Positions 24,088-34,426 of a DNA stretch of 64,000 bases are shown here, piece after piece (positions within the stretch are counted from its first letter, which is position 1; each line of letters begins with the position of its first letter). The DNA lies in NCBI GenBank assembly GCA_965153455.1, contig OZ234493.1:9662213-9726212 (forward strand), given 5' to 3'. The stretch comes from Sphagnum compactum. Taxonomy: Eukaryota. Under the pieces are notes generated by a model that was given only the letters and a program-made list of their open reading frames with translations, was not told the DNA's origin and searched no databases. The translations under genes and the position numbers were made by a program.

Positions 24088-25944
24088 TATTATAGGAGTA
24101 CGCAATAATGAAGCATGGATGGTAAGTGAGTAGGAAACAGTTTTCTGTTGGGTTCCAGTTCCCTAGGCTAACCATGGTGGTCATCTCAGTTACTTTTTTA
24201 AATTAGCTACCTACTAAAAATTAACAAGTGGGTTGTTAGTAGGTAAGTAATAAAAAGAGCCCTCACTTATGTAAAATCTAAAAATCATCTACTTACTTAA
24301 TTAGTCACTTAATTTCCTACCTATTTATGTATATATAGGACCTACTTCTTATATTATGGGGTTCACCATGTTTTTCACCATGTGTTTTTCGCCTTTAAAT
24401 AAGTTTGAGGAAGATAGGGAATAGATAATAGAGTTATCTCTAAAATACCCTGAGTTTGGTCATAAACCGGGTGAGATTTTTTTTTGAAACTTGAAAAAAA
24501 AATACACTAGCATTCACCAGGGATGAAAATCAGAAATCCATCAATTTTGGTGATAAACTGAGTTCATCTTGTCTTCATCCCCTCTTTCCTCAGCGCCTTA
24601 GCTGCTGCTACATGTACAGCTACGTACTATAATTATTCTCGAACCCTGTGTATTAAATACTGTGTGTCAGCATTTCATATCCAAGTTTAATAAAATTTCC
24701 TTACTTTGTAGATACCACTGATTTGAGGTTGAAAGAGGGGAAATTATAGTCACGAGCCACAAAATGCACATGGTGTTCCTTTAAGCACAAAACACCCCCT
24801 TGAACCAACTCTTGTCCTCTAATACATGCCTTAACATTTTTGTTTGCAATAAAGTTATTCATAAAGTCTCTTAAATGTACCAATAGAACTTTGTGTTTCA
24901 GCAATACATGGATTGACATGCATTAGACAAGTGAAAATTTACAAAGTTATTGGACAGCACATGAAACTTGTTTCTGCACTTGAAGGTCATTTGCGTTTTA
25001 TGTTGGGTTGTGGTTCTCGTCACAAAACCCACACACAAGTTCGAAGCTGGAGCTTTGCCATTTGTATGTTTTCAATTTTTTGTGGGTCGTCGCTAGAGGT
25101 TATTAGACGTAACAAGGCTTTTATAATCATGCTTTGAATACAAAATGCTCCATGTGCGTTTTGTGGCTCATTTTGCAACCCTAAACCCTCTTTAATCTCA
25201 CAATACAATTCAATATTGTCCAATTGTTATGTCAAAAGTTAAAGATTGTCCTACTAATCTATACTATCAATTTCAATCTCACACAATGGTACATGCGTAA
25301 AAGCATCCATTGTGTCCATTTTCAAATTTGATCAAAGTTGACTCTATATAGCATTTTGTTTGAAAATTCTTCATTCACATATGAGTATGCTTGTTGAAAT
25401 AACAAGCATCTTCTATCACAAGTTCATCATATATGTATCTTCTATCGCAAGTTCATCATAAATGGCCAAGTGGTATGCCGATGGTTGTTATGGCGATCTA
25501 ATTGGGAGTAGCACCACAAAAAGGAGACAAAGGGGGAACAATGACCCTAACCCTTGGATAAGGACTTGAGTATGTTAAATTGAGACTTTCACTTGGGTTG
25601 GTACTTGGTTCTGTGTTGAGACTTGGAACTTGAAATTTCTCCATTCCTATTGTTCATATATTCTAGTGTTCTTGTCAAACTTTTGTACATTGCAATTTCA
25701 TGTGATATGCAAATGTTTTCTTGCCTTTCATGTGTCCAACAAGAATTGTATTTTTTTTTTTGGTTGCCTTTCTTTGCCTCTCACCCTCCCCAAAAGAAAA
25801 AAGACTTGACACTTTTGAGCGCATGCTGGCTCACCTTCATTGGCTACCAAGAATTTCTACACCGACATGCTGAGCCTTCTCATTGGCTGCATGAAACTTT
25901 TTCATGCTTTGAAGTCTTCCATAACTGTTTCTAGACAGGCGTGT

Positions 25945-25957
25945 AAAAAACCAAAAA
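25945..25957 (-). terminator. RNA polymerase III oligo-T terminator of tRNA-Tyr
   Basis: TTTTT immediately 3' of the discriminator base, followed by GG and TTTTTT on the minus strand. Confidence 0.85.
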
Positions 25958-26040
25958 TCCGATCTGCCGGATTCGAACCAGCGACCTAAGGATTACTGCA
26001 CCTCTACAGTCCTCCGCTCTACCAACTGAGCTAAGATCGG
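25958..26040 (-). tRNA. tRNA-Tyr (anticodon GUA) with a 10-nt intron (25994-26003)
   Basis: Minus strand reads CCGATCTTAGCTCAGTTGGTAGAGCGGAGGACTGTAG[AGGTGCAGTA]ATCCTTAGGTCGCTGGTTCGAATCCGGCAGATCGGA. It has the C1-G72 pair, A73, A box, B box (GGTTCGAATCC) and an intron after position 37, as in plant nuclear tRNA-Tyr. Confidence 0.97.
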
Positions 26041-26476
26041 AAGCCAGTGGCAATCCACTTCTTTGAGGTAGATTTAAATAGTTCAGTGATGGTGGGCAAG
26101 TTCCTCAACTCCAAGCAGCAGTGCAATAGTCCAGGTATGGAAAGTTTGTGTGGGCTCATCATGAGTTATCCTTGTGCCCCCGAAAAATAGTTGGGACTGG
26201 CAAATTGGTAATCAATATAGCAAAGTTCTATGGTCTGTGCCTGATCTCCTTTCTCTCTGAGTAAGCATGGACCTAACTGAATGGACTTTACTGTATCCTT
26301 GGTTTCACTCTGGAAAGGACCATGTAAATATGCAGTGAGCTATGCTCTATGACTTTCTTAATGAGGTTGCAATCCTTGTAACATGATGAAGGAGCATGGG
26401 CAACCTTCTGGATTATGTGATAGATCTTATGAGTGGCTAATTGTATGTGTGAAAATTTCATGTTTGGTTGAAATAG

Positions 26477-27966
26477 GTTGAGAATCAGGAAGGGCTTGTC
26501 AATTTTGATGATATCCTACATGAAACAGATGGGGTGATGGTGGCAAGAGGTGACCTTGGTATGGAAATTCCAACAGAAAAAATCTTCCTGGCCCAGAAAA
26601 TGATGATCTACAAATGCAATTCAGCTGGGAAACCTGTTGTGACAGCAACTCAAATGTTGGAGTCCATGATAAAATCACCTCGTCCAACCCGGGCAGAGGC
26701 CACAGATGTTGCAAATGCTGTCTTAGATGGGACAGACTGCGTGATGCTTAGTGGAGAAACAGCTAATGGATTATATCCTGATACTGCAGTGGCTGTCATG
26801 TCACGGATTTGCCAGGAGGCTGAGGCTTCATTAGACTATGCTGCAATTTTCAAGGAGCTCATGAAATCTGTGCCCTTGCCAATGAGCCCATTGGAGAGTT
26901 TGGCATCATCAGCTGTCCGCACAGCAAACAAGGTGCGGGCAACATTAATCATTGTCCTCACTTGTGGAGGTACTACGGCGAAGCTTGTTGCTAAATATCG
27001 TCCTTATGTGCCTATCTTGTCTGTTGCAGTACCTGTACTGACTACAGATAGTCTTACTTGGGTAATCAGTGAGGAATCACCAGCTCATCACGGTCTTGTT
27101 TACAGGTACCTCTTTTCCTTATCTCAGTAATTGGTCATACTATTGGATTTAATGTGACTAAAATCAACCTCCAAGTCACTAGGCTTGTTTGCTGTTATGG
27201 GAAACGTGTGGTCTGCTTCAGATTCTCTTGGTGTTTTGTCTGGAAATCTCATGAACAGATGAAGTGGATTATCTTGTTCTTTTTTTTTGACTTGCATCAA
27301 ATTGCAAGTATGGGAGCTGCTCTTTGGTTGTTAGGATATTACATTATGCCTTTAGAAGGTTAGGGATAGTTTGTAGCTAAATTTTGGTGAAATGGTGTGG
27401 AATCCTTGTTCAAATTGCTTTGTTGGCAACATGCATGGTATGTTGTGCATGTTGCCTGCTCCTGGTCTTTAATCTCTAAATTTAGGATGGTTTATGTAGA
27501 TGATAGTCATGCTCCTTGGAATGCCTTTTCTGAGGTTGAGCAAATCTGTCTCTTATGTCCATAAGAAAGAACTCCAATGATTTTACCAAGGATTTACAAA
27601 TATTAGGGACCTAGTTCATGCTAAGAGTATTAAGCATTGAGAGCCTATACCGTTACATTCACCTAGTACTCCACTTGGTTCTCATCACGAAAACTGCAAG
27701 GCCTGTGCTATCCATGACTTGTTTATGTTATTTGCTGAAAGATATCTCCTTGTTCTTGCAGGGGTTTGATCCCACTTCTGGCAGAGGGGTCAGCCAAGGC
27801 AACAGACTCTGAGTCAACAGATGACATTCTTGATGTGGCACTTGCCCATGCTTTGAGGAAGAGCCTAGTCAAGGTGGGGGATTCAATTGTGGCCCTCCAT
27901 CGAATTGGAGTTGCCTCTGTCATAAAGATCATGGAGGTGAAAGAGTCTGTACTCAAAAGGAGTTGA
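26477..27966 (+). pseudogene. Cytosolic pyruvate kinase, C-terminal half only (5'-truncated gene or partial duplicate; reading frame intact)
   Basis: Exons 26477-27105 and 27762-27966 (GT-AG, phase 2) give VENQEGLVNFDDILHETDGVMVARGDLGMEIP..KPVVTATQMLESMIKSPRPTRAEATDVANAVLDGTDCVMLSGETA...LVAKYRP...RGLIPLLAEGSAKATDSEST...HRIGVASVIKI. No upstream exons with KIVCTLGP, ARFNFSHG or GPEIRTG are seen in the window. Confidence 0.8.
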
Positions 27967-29605
27967 GAACTTTCACCCCATGACAGGGCTGGCATCTTCT
28001 TGGTGTGCTTATAAGGCAGCACATCCAGGCGGACTAACTGGCAAATGACCCATGTTCTGGCTCAAACTCCTTGACTAGAGACATTTATGCCAGGTTTTGC
28101 TTTTGAATTTTTGCAGGTGAAGAGGCCTAGGTAGAGTTGATCTGTGAACTTCAATTTTTGCATCTACTGCCCATGTGAGTTTTGGCACTGAAAGTTCACA
28201 TCTTTACGACAGCACTTGACTCCTGTGCATTGAATGGAAATCACCAGGGTAGATAAGTAGCAATTCAAGCTTACAGTCTTCTGTGGTTGTTGATGGACTC
28301 TGCTTAGTTGTAGGAGGCTAGAAACATGCCCTTCTTTCTGAGATTTCCTTCCCTACCTTAGTGTTCTTCAATGTTCTTGCTAAACCTTCAAGGGTCCTAG
28401 AGACTAATTGAAAGGTAGTTGGAAAACCCTTCATCTCACATACTGTTATCCCCTGGAAGCTCAAAGGCATTCCTTAGACTGGCTAATGCTAGATAGCTGT
28501 GCAACTCTCTCCTCCCACACATTGCAAAGAAGTATGGGGCTTATACTGCTCTTGCTATATGGTCTCTGCTGTTGAAAGTATTTAGTCTAATGCTCACATA
28601 TATTCATTTGATGTTCACTCCAAACACCAAATAAGTTGCATCTTCTCTCAATGCCAAAGGTTTTACACATGGAGAGTAATTTCTACACTAATTTCTCATA
28701 TGCACGAATCCTTCCAAATATGCTTTGGATAAAATTCTCAAATTGCAAGAATATCACAATGCAAAGCTTTTCATTCTGCTCATTCTCTTCTGGATGCAAT
28801 TTCTCTTAGGATTCCCTCAACAAGCATGTTAAAGTTACCTCTTATATATATATTGCACCTTGGAGAAAGCCCTCTCCAATAAATGCAGGAGTTGTGTCTT
28901 TTTCCCCATGGGTCTCTAGTTCATTGTATTTCCTAAAGTATTTGTGATCTAAACTTGAACCACTTCTCCATGTCCTCAAGAGTTGTTTTGGCTTCTCAAT
29001 CTGTAACTTGTCACAGAATACATTGTCAAAGCATCCATAATGGAAGCAACATGACACAAGCATACACATAATATGATAGGATACACAATATAATACAAGG
29101 ATGTGTGCTCAGCATTAATCAGTCTTATCAAGGATATGCATAGTAGGACACAATTGAATGACAAAAGCTTGTGTTTTATCATAGTCATCAGCATCACATT
29201 GTTTGTGAACTCTTCTGATAAGATATCTGTGAGTTTTGATTACAAAAAACTGCTTGCTATCACCAAAGGCCTTTGTAATGTACACGTATAGTTCAGGTCT
29301 AAGGAATGTCAAACAGTGAGTATAATTTCTCTCAATGATGAAGTAGCAAAACACTGCTAACATGGAAGGAATCCTGAGGATGTTTCTGACTTGGAGCTCT
29401 CTATGTTGGAATTGTTGAGCAGTTACACTAGGATGCATTTCACTCCCACTAAACGGAAGCTCTGACATTTAGAGGTGAAACAGTTTCTAAAACTCCTGCA
29501 CACCCTTTGCATTGATGAGAGCTTGAGAAATTCAGTCTGGCCATGTCCTTGCTGGCAAATATGACAAGGGTTCCAATAGACCAAAAGGGTGTAAACCAGC
29601 ACCTA

Positions 29606-31472
29606 CTATAAAAGGACGGAACTACTTTGACTCACACTAGCTGATGGAACTGCAGTGAGTGTATTACTGTGAGAGGTTGTCATGGTTTTCAAAGAGTCCA
29701 CAAGTATTTGTTCCCAATCAGCAAATGTTGCTTGAGGGGAGGGTGCCTGTGAAGGTACCCATGAGATCAAATCATGTGGGAACTCATCTACCCTAGGCAC
29801 CTCTGGTTCTGAAGACAGATCAATGAGGTTGAACTCTGGGGAAGAATGGATAGAAAGGTGTAAATGTACCTCTTCTTGCAAATGAGTATCAGAGTGCAAC
29901 AACTCTTCTTGACCTGCTTCTTGTTGGAACTGCCCAAAAGGTTGACCAGATGTTCTTTGTAGATAACCACGACCTGCAGAGAGTGATGACTTCATTTGTC
30001 AGGCTAGGTCGGTCAAATGCAAACTAGCAAAAGCAGGCTCAATGTGGGCATCCATCAAGAGGACAACACAGACCCCAAAGCTAAAGAGTGGTGGAGCTAA
30101 AGCCAGAAATCCTCATGCACTAAGTCTTCAAAAACTCTTCCAGGACGCCAATCTTAAAGAGTGGTACAAAACAGGATTCTACAAAATTCTTAGTAATGGG
30201 CAAAGAAACCCTTCTGCAAAATCTTAGTTTTTGTTACATTTCCAGAAGCAATCGGAATTAGGTCACAAGTAGTCATGATGTTAATGAGCACTCAAGAGAC
30301 ATAGCTGATCAACCCTAAACGAAAACCCAAAATTCTGAAGAAGGAAACATTGAGTAAATATACATACCTTCTGGTCCTTTGTAATAACCACTGCCTGTCC
30401 ACTGCAAAGGCTCGGATTGTTGTCCAGAGATGCTGACATCAAGCAAAGGACCTGAGGAAGTTGTTTGCTTCGACTTCGTATTCTGAGTTGGGGAGGAGGA
30501 GGAGGCTGACAGCATCTTAACTGTCTCTTCCACCTTCTTCACATCGGATTCAGATACAAACCCTGATGGGTGTGGCATTGGTAAATCTGACAGCAAACTC
30601 ACCAACTTGCGACAGTGGTCCAAGAACTTCAACAGCATGTGAGTTTGATGCCCTCGTATTGCAGCTTTCTTACAAATCTCGAGGAGCTGAAGAGCGTGAG
30701 GGAGTTGCAAGATGTCAAGCCTGTTAAGCATCTCCCGCACTCGAAACCCAATCTCTTGTTGGAGTTTATAACTATCAGCAACAACCAAAATTAAAGCTCC
30801 TTGGATAACAGAATTGGTGGTAGTACCATATCCTCCTACCTCACAGTGACAACCTTCCTCCAGCAAACTTTGCAAGAACCCTAATTCCTCTAAGACTTGC
30901 TCTGTGGCCATGTAGCAAACATTCTCAGATGTGGGGACACTGCTCCACCTGCTATCGAAATGGGATTTCACAACACGGGAACAGATCAATCTCTCATCCA
31001 AGTATCTCGCATATCGACGCACCCAGGAATTGAGCTCCAAATCAAAACTAGGGCTGAGATTCAGATCCGAATCTGCAAACCAGACATATTCCAGAAAATT
31101 CCTTCCTACTTTGTTGGAGGAGAAGCTAAGCTGGTCTTGGAACAAGAATCCGCCATCCAGAATTGCGCGGTGTATGACGATGAGAGATTTGAGTGCAACA
31201 GCCCAGTCCTGTGTCTTTGAGAGACGCCCAACTAATGCCCTAGTACAAAACGCGACTTTGCTCCGTGACATCGAACCCGTGGCAATTATTTCTTCTACAT
31301 ATTTCTCTTCGGGTAAGCATTCCTCATGACTGGTTGCTCTTACCACTGCTACTTGTATGGGCCCGGCACTTGCCATCGCTATTCCTGCTGCTGTCTGGTC
31401 CTTCAGCAATCTCATCACTCTCCTCAGCTTGTTGTTGTTGACTGTTCCCGCATGAATCCTCTCATCTGCCAT
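29606..31472 (-). CDS. ANTH/ENTH-domain clathrin assembly protein (PICALM/AP180-like), 2 coding exons
   Basis: Exons 31472-30368 and 29973-29606 (GAAG|GTATGT...CTGCAG|GTCGT, phase 1). Motifs: LKDQT, VAVVRATSH..PEEKY, KTQDWAVALKSLIVIHR, WVRRYARYLDERL and C-terminal ADWEQILVDS. Confidence 0.9.
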
Positions 31473-31500
31473 GAATAATATTCCTCATAACAGAACGAAA

Positions 31501-31513
31501 GAGAGCGAGAGAG

Positions 31514-31549
<36 letters not shown>
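31501..31549. repeat. (GA)n microsatellite in the 5' leader of the ANTH gene
   Basis: Interrupted (GA) run, which reads (CT)n on the sense strand. Confidence 0.95.
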
Positions 31550-31551
<2 letters not shown>

Positions 31552-32084
31552 AAAATTTGATGATGGGTATTTTTTGTCTCTCTTTCTTTCTCTCTCTCGT
31601 GTCTTCTTCTGCTTCTTCCTACTCCTCGATTTCTCCCTGACTTCAAACTGTGGATCCACCTCTTGATCTCTCGTTACAGATTCACTTCTCTGTTTTTGCT
31701 CCTATATGATCTCCTCTTGCATCTTTCTTAGATTTCTTCTTTGTTCAGAAAACTTCTGATACAAGAGTGAATTCCAAAATTATGATACAAAAGTGTGAGA
31801 ATGTGAGTTCCAATAATGCAAAAAGATTTATACCATACACATAAATTCTTTCTGCAAAATGGAGTTGAAATAAATTAGTTCTTACTAAAAATTTAAACAC
31901 ACACACAAAATTGGGTTCTTCTCTTCTCTCAGAGTCCGATAATTTGCTTCTCCACCAACCCCAAATCCAGCCCCTCAAAAGAGTCCACGCGTTTGATGAT
32001 TTGTGTCCACAGTTGTCATATCTTGAAAAGGGTTTATTTTTTCATGTTCGTAAATTAGCTGAACCAAAAGATCATGCATGTTAC

Positions 32085-32310
32085 AGTTTAGCCAAATTTG
32101 GCTATAAACAGGATATGAAAGTAAAGAAGTTCAAGACTTCCTTCACATTTTTGGCTACATGCTAGGAACCCAACAGAGAAATCCGGCGATATCTTTTTTA
32201 AATGTAGAAATTTGGCGACTAGAAAACACCCAATTTTTTTTTTAAACACATACCTTTAGCCATTTTGAATTTTAAAAAAAAAGCGAACTCACTAAATTTA
32301 GCCAGAAAAG
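32085..32310. repeat. Dispersed repeat family with 16-bp palindrome TAGCCAAATTTGGCTA (copies also at ~49460-49620 and ~60125-60215)
   Basis: The perfect palindrome occurs at 32089-32104 and 49468-49483, with a variant at 60131-60146. Each is followed by a similar ...gaaagt...tttt(t)ggc.a.atgct.ga.cc sequence. Confidence 0.75.
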
Positions 32311-32527
32311 AAAATGCTAAGATTCCCGAACCTTCTAAAACGGCAACTTCATTGCTCTCTCTCTCTCTCTCTCTCTCTACTTCCTTGTGCTGCAAATTGT
32401 TCTTTTAATATGCCAGCAACAAAGCGCTGCAAACAAAAGGAACCCGGTTATTTTATCTTATTAAAGCTCTACCTGCCAATAATTGACAACAATCCAAAGT
32501 CAGAATTGAAGTGGGTTTACTAATAAC

Positions 32528-32638
32528 ATAGTGCCTTGACAACTTCCACATTGATCATTTTATTTGTTGAAATGAAAATTTCAAAATGAGAATTAATTAT
32601 TCTACAAACATGTGTCAAAGTTGCCAAGGTACTAAGAT
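32528..32638. mobile_element. MITE copy (family with TIR ~catagtaacttggcagctttgacaca)
   Basis: Left end catagtgccttgacaacttccaca and right end tgtgtcaaagttgccaaggtacta. The interior gaaatgaaaatttcaaaat is shared with 33714-33730. Confidence 0.6.
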
Positions 32639-33589
32639 AGTGGAAATGGAGTATGTAATGTTGCCCACTGCTGTGAACCAAACACCTATACTGGTAGGTA
32701 GGTACCTGAGACTGTAGGCATAAGATCCCTCACTCACACTCCTAAGGAATAGGCTATAAGCATAAGACCCTTAAGAGTCCAGTCTTGAGGAGTAGATGCA
32801 ATATCACTCAATTTTGAGGAGGGACATTCATGCATATAAGGTGCTCTCCAAAACACATTAAGAAATTTCTGGAAGTGCTTTACAACTTGCCATTTTTGGG
32901 CTTGACTTTGAAACTAATGTCATGTGTTTCCAGCAAATAAATAAAGATTTGTAAGTTTGTATTTTGTTGAAATTGTAGTTTAGTGTGTTTTGACGTTTTG
33001 ACTGAGTCCCTGATGACTTTGAGATTTCCATCTTGTCTCATCTTCTGTTATGAGATTCATCTCACAAGATCCTAAGAGCAGTCATTTTTGACCTAGTTTT
33101 GTTTTCATTGTGTACATTTGAACTTGAATTTTCATATTATAAGTTAATTTTATTTTTTTCCTTTTCTTTGTAGCCTGAAAAAGTTCTGTACTGTTTGTTA
33201 GTTTTGATTGTGTTGGGTATTAATGTAGTAGGTAATATCATGACCAAGGGTTTATTTTCCCACCTTTTTTCATATTAAAAATTTTGTGGGAATTTCCAAA
33301 ACTTTGCAAAAAATTTCAAAGTTTACACTAAAAAATTGTCAATTTTTTTTTTTTCAACGCCTATTAAAGAGAGTAAGCAAAGCATGGGTCAGCCTCTTGA
33401 CGATGTTTGTCAAGAAGTGAAAAGCCTTGGGCTGAAGAGCAGAGCATTTTGACTAAGTTAAATAGGCGCATGCTGATCGGTTGATGGAGCTGAACTTGAA
33501 CAAATCTGGATCTGCATGTTATTTAAAACTTTGACCTACCAATTCTTGTAGGATATTATTTTTGCCACAAGCCCACATTTGTATGCATG

Positions 33590-33783
33590 GATCATACAAC
33601 CTTGGCAGCTTTGACACTAATTATATTATTTTCAGAAAATTTCCAAAAAAAAATCTCAAAATAACCATTTTTTAAAAGGAAAATATTGAATCCTCATGAA
33701 TATTCTATTATTTGAAATGAAAATTTCAAAATCAATTAATTATTCGACAAACATGTGTCAAAGCTGCCAAGTTACTATGGTAC
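33590..33783. mobile_element. MITE copy (same family)
   Basis: cttggcagctttgacac (33601-33617) and gtgtcaaagctgccaag (33755-33771) form a perfect 17-bp inverted repeat. Confidence 0.75.
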
Positions 33784-34093
33784 ATACAAATACGGTCTGC
33801 TAGGCAAAGCTGTTGTGGTCAAGAGCCCTCTTCCCTCTATGATTGGGCAACAAGGGTTCCTTGGTACCCATCCTTCTCGAGTTGAAGCATAAAATACAAA
33901 CCTTAAGTAGGTGAAACTACACCTGCAAATTGGCTTTGGTTTCAAGCTCTGAGTCCAACCCAAACTTGCATCCAAAAGCCTGCACACATACAAAGTCTCT
34001 TCCCACTGGTGGCAAGAGCCTCTAAAATGATGAAAACCTGCCAATCTTCAATAAAACAAAGCACCCAACAAAGGGGGAGAAAAAGGGTAAATT

Positions 34094-34426
34094 GGCCCAT
34101 CACCAAACACAGGCCGGTCACCGAGCACTCATGTAGTGCAACCACTGGCCTGTGTTAGAACAAAAAAAATCCTATGGGTGTTGTCTTTTTATCCCATTAC
34201 CAAACGCTTGGTTGCAAAAAAAAGTGTTCTAGGTTTTTCATATTGGTGACCAGCCATCAAATTTTAGTGTTCGATATTAGGAGTTTAGGTGGGCAGGTTT
34301 GTAAAATTTTTGAAAAGTTTTACATGAGATTACCGTCAAATTTTAGTGTTCGGTAATAGGAGTTTAGGTGGGCAGATTTGTAAAAAATTTGAATAGTTTT
34401 ACATGAGATTAGTTTGATGATGGGCC
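34094..34426. mobile_element. Small element bounded by 15-bp inverted repeats, with an internal 79-bp tandem duplication
   Basis: ggcccatcaccaaac (34094-34108) versus gtttgatgatgggcc (34412-34426). Internal duplication at ~34257-34332 and ~34336-34411. Confidence 0.55.

Noticed and set aside
24700..25560. Possible missing pyruvate kinase exons or a gene fragment
   Set aside because: The translations show no PK motifs. It is probably a decayed transposon fragment, but I cannot assign it.
26089..26134. ATG-containing mini-exon as a new start for the truncated pyruvate kinase
   Set aside because: Its donor is phase 1 while the PK acceptor at 26477 is phase 0, so it would be out of frame. At most it is a leader exon or uORF.
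29115..29468. 117-aa ORF downstream of the ANTH gene
   Set aside because: It has no recognisable motif and follows a double stop, so it is most likely 3' UTR.
32690..33540. Short hairpins as possible miRNA precursors
   Set aside because: The stems are short and imperfect, and I noticed no match to the conserved plant miRNAs I checked by eye.
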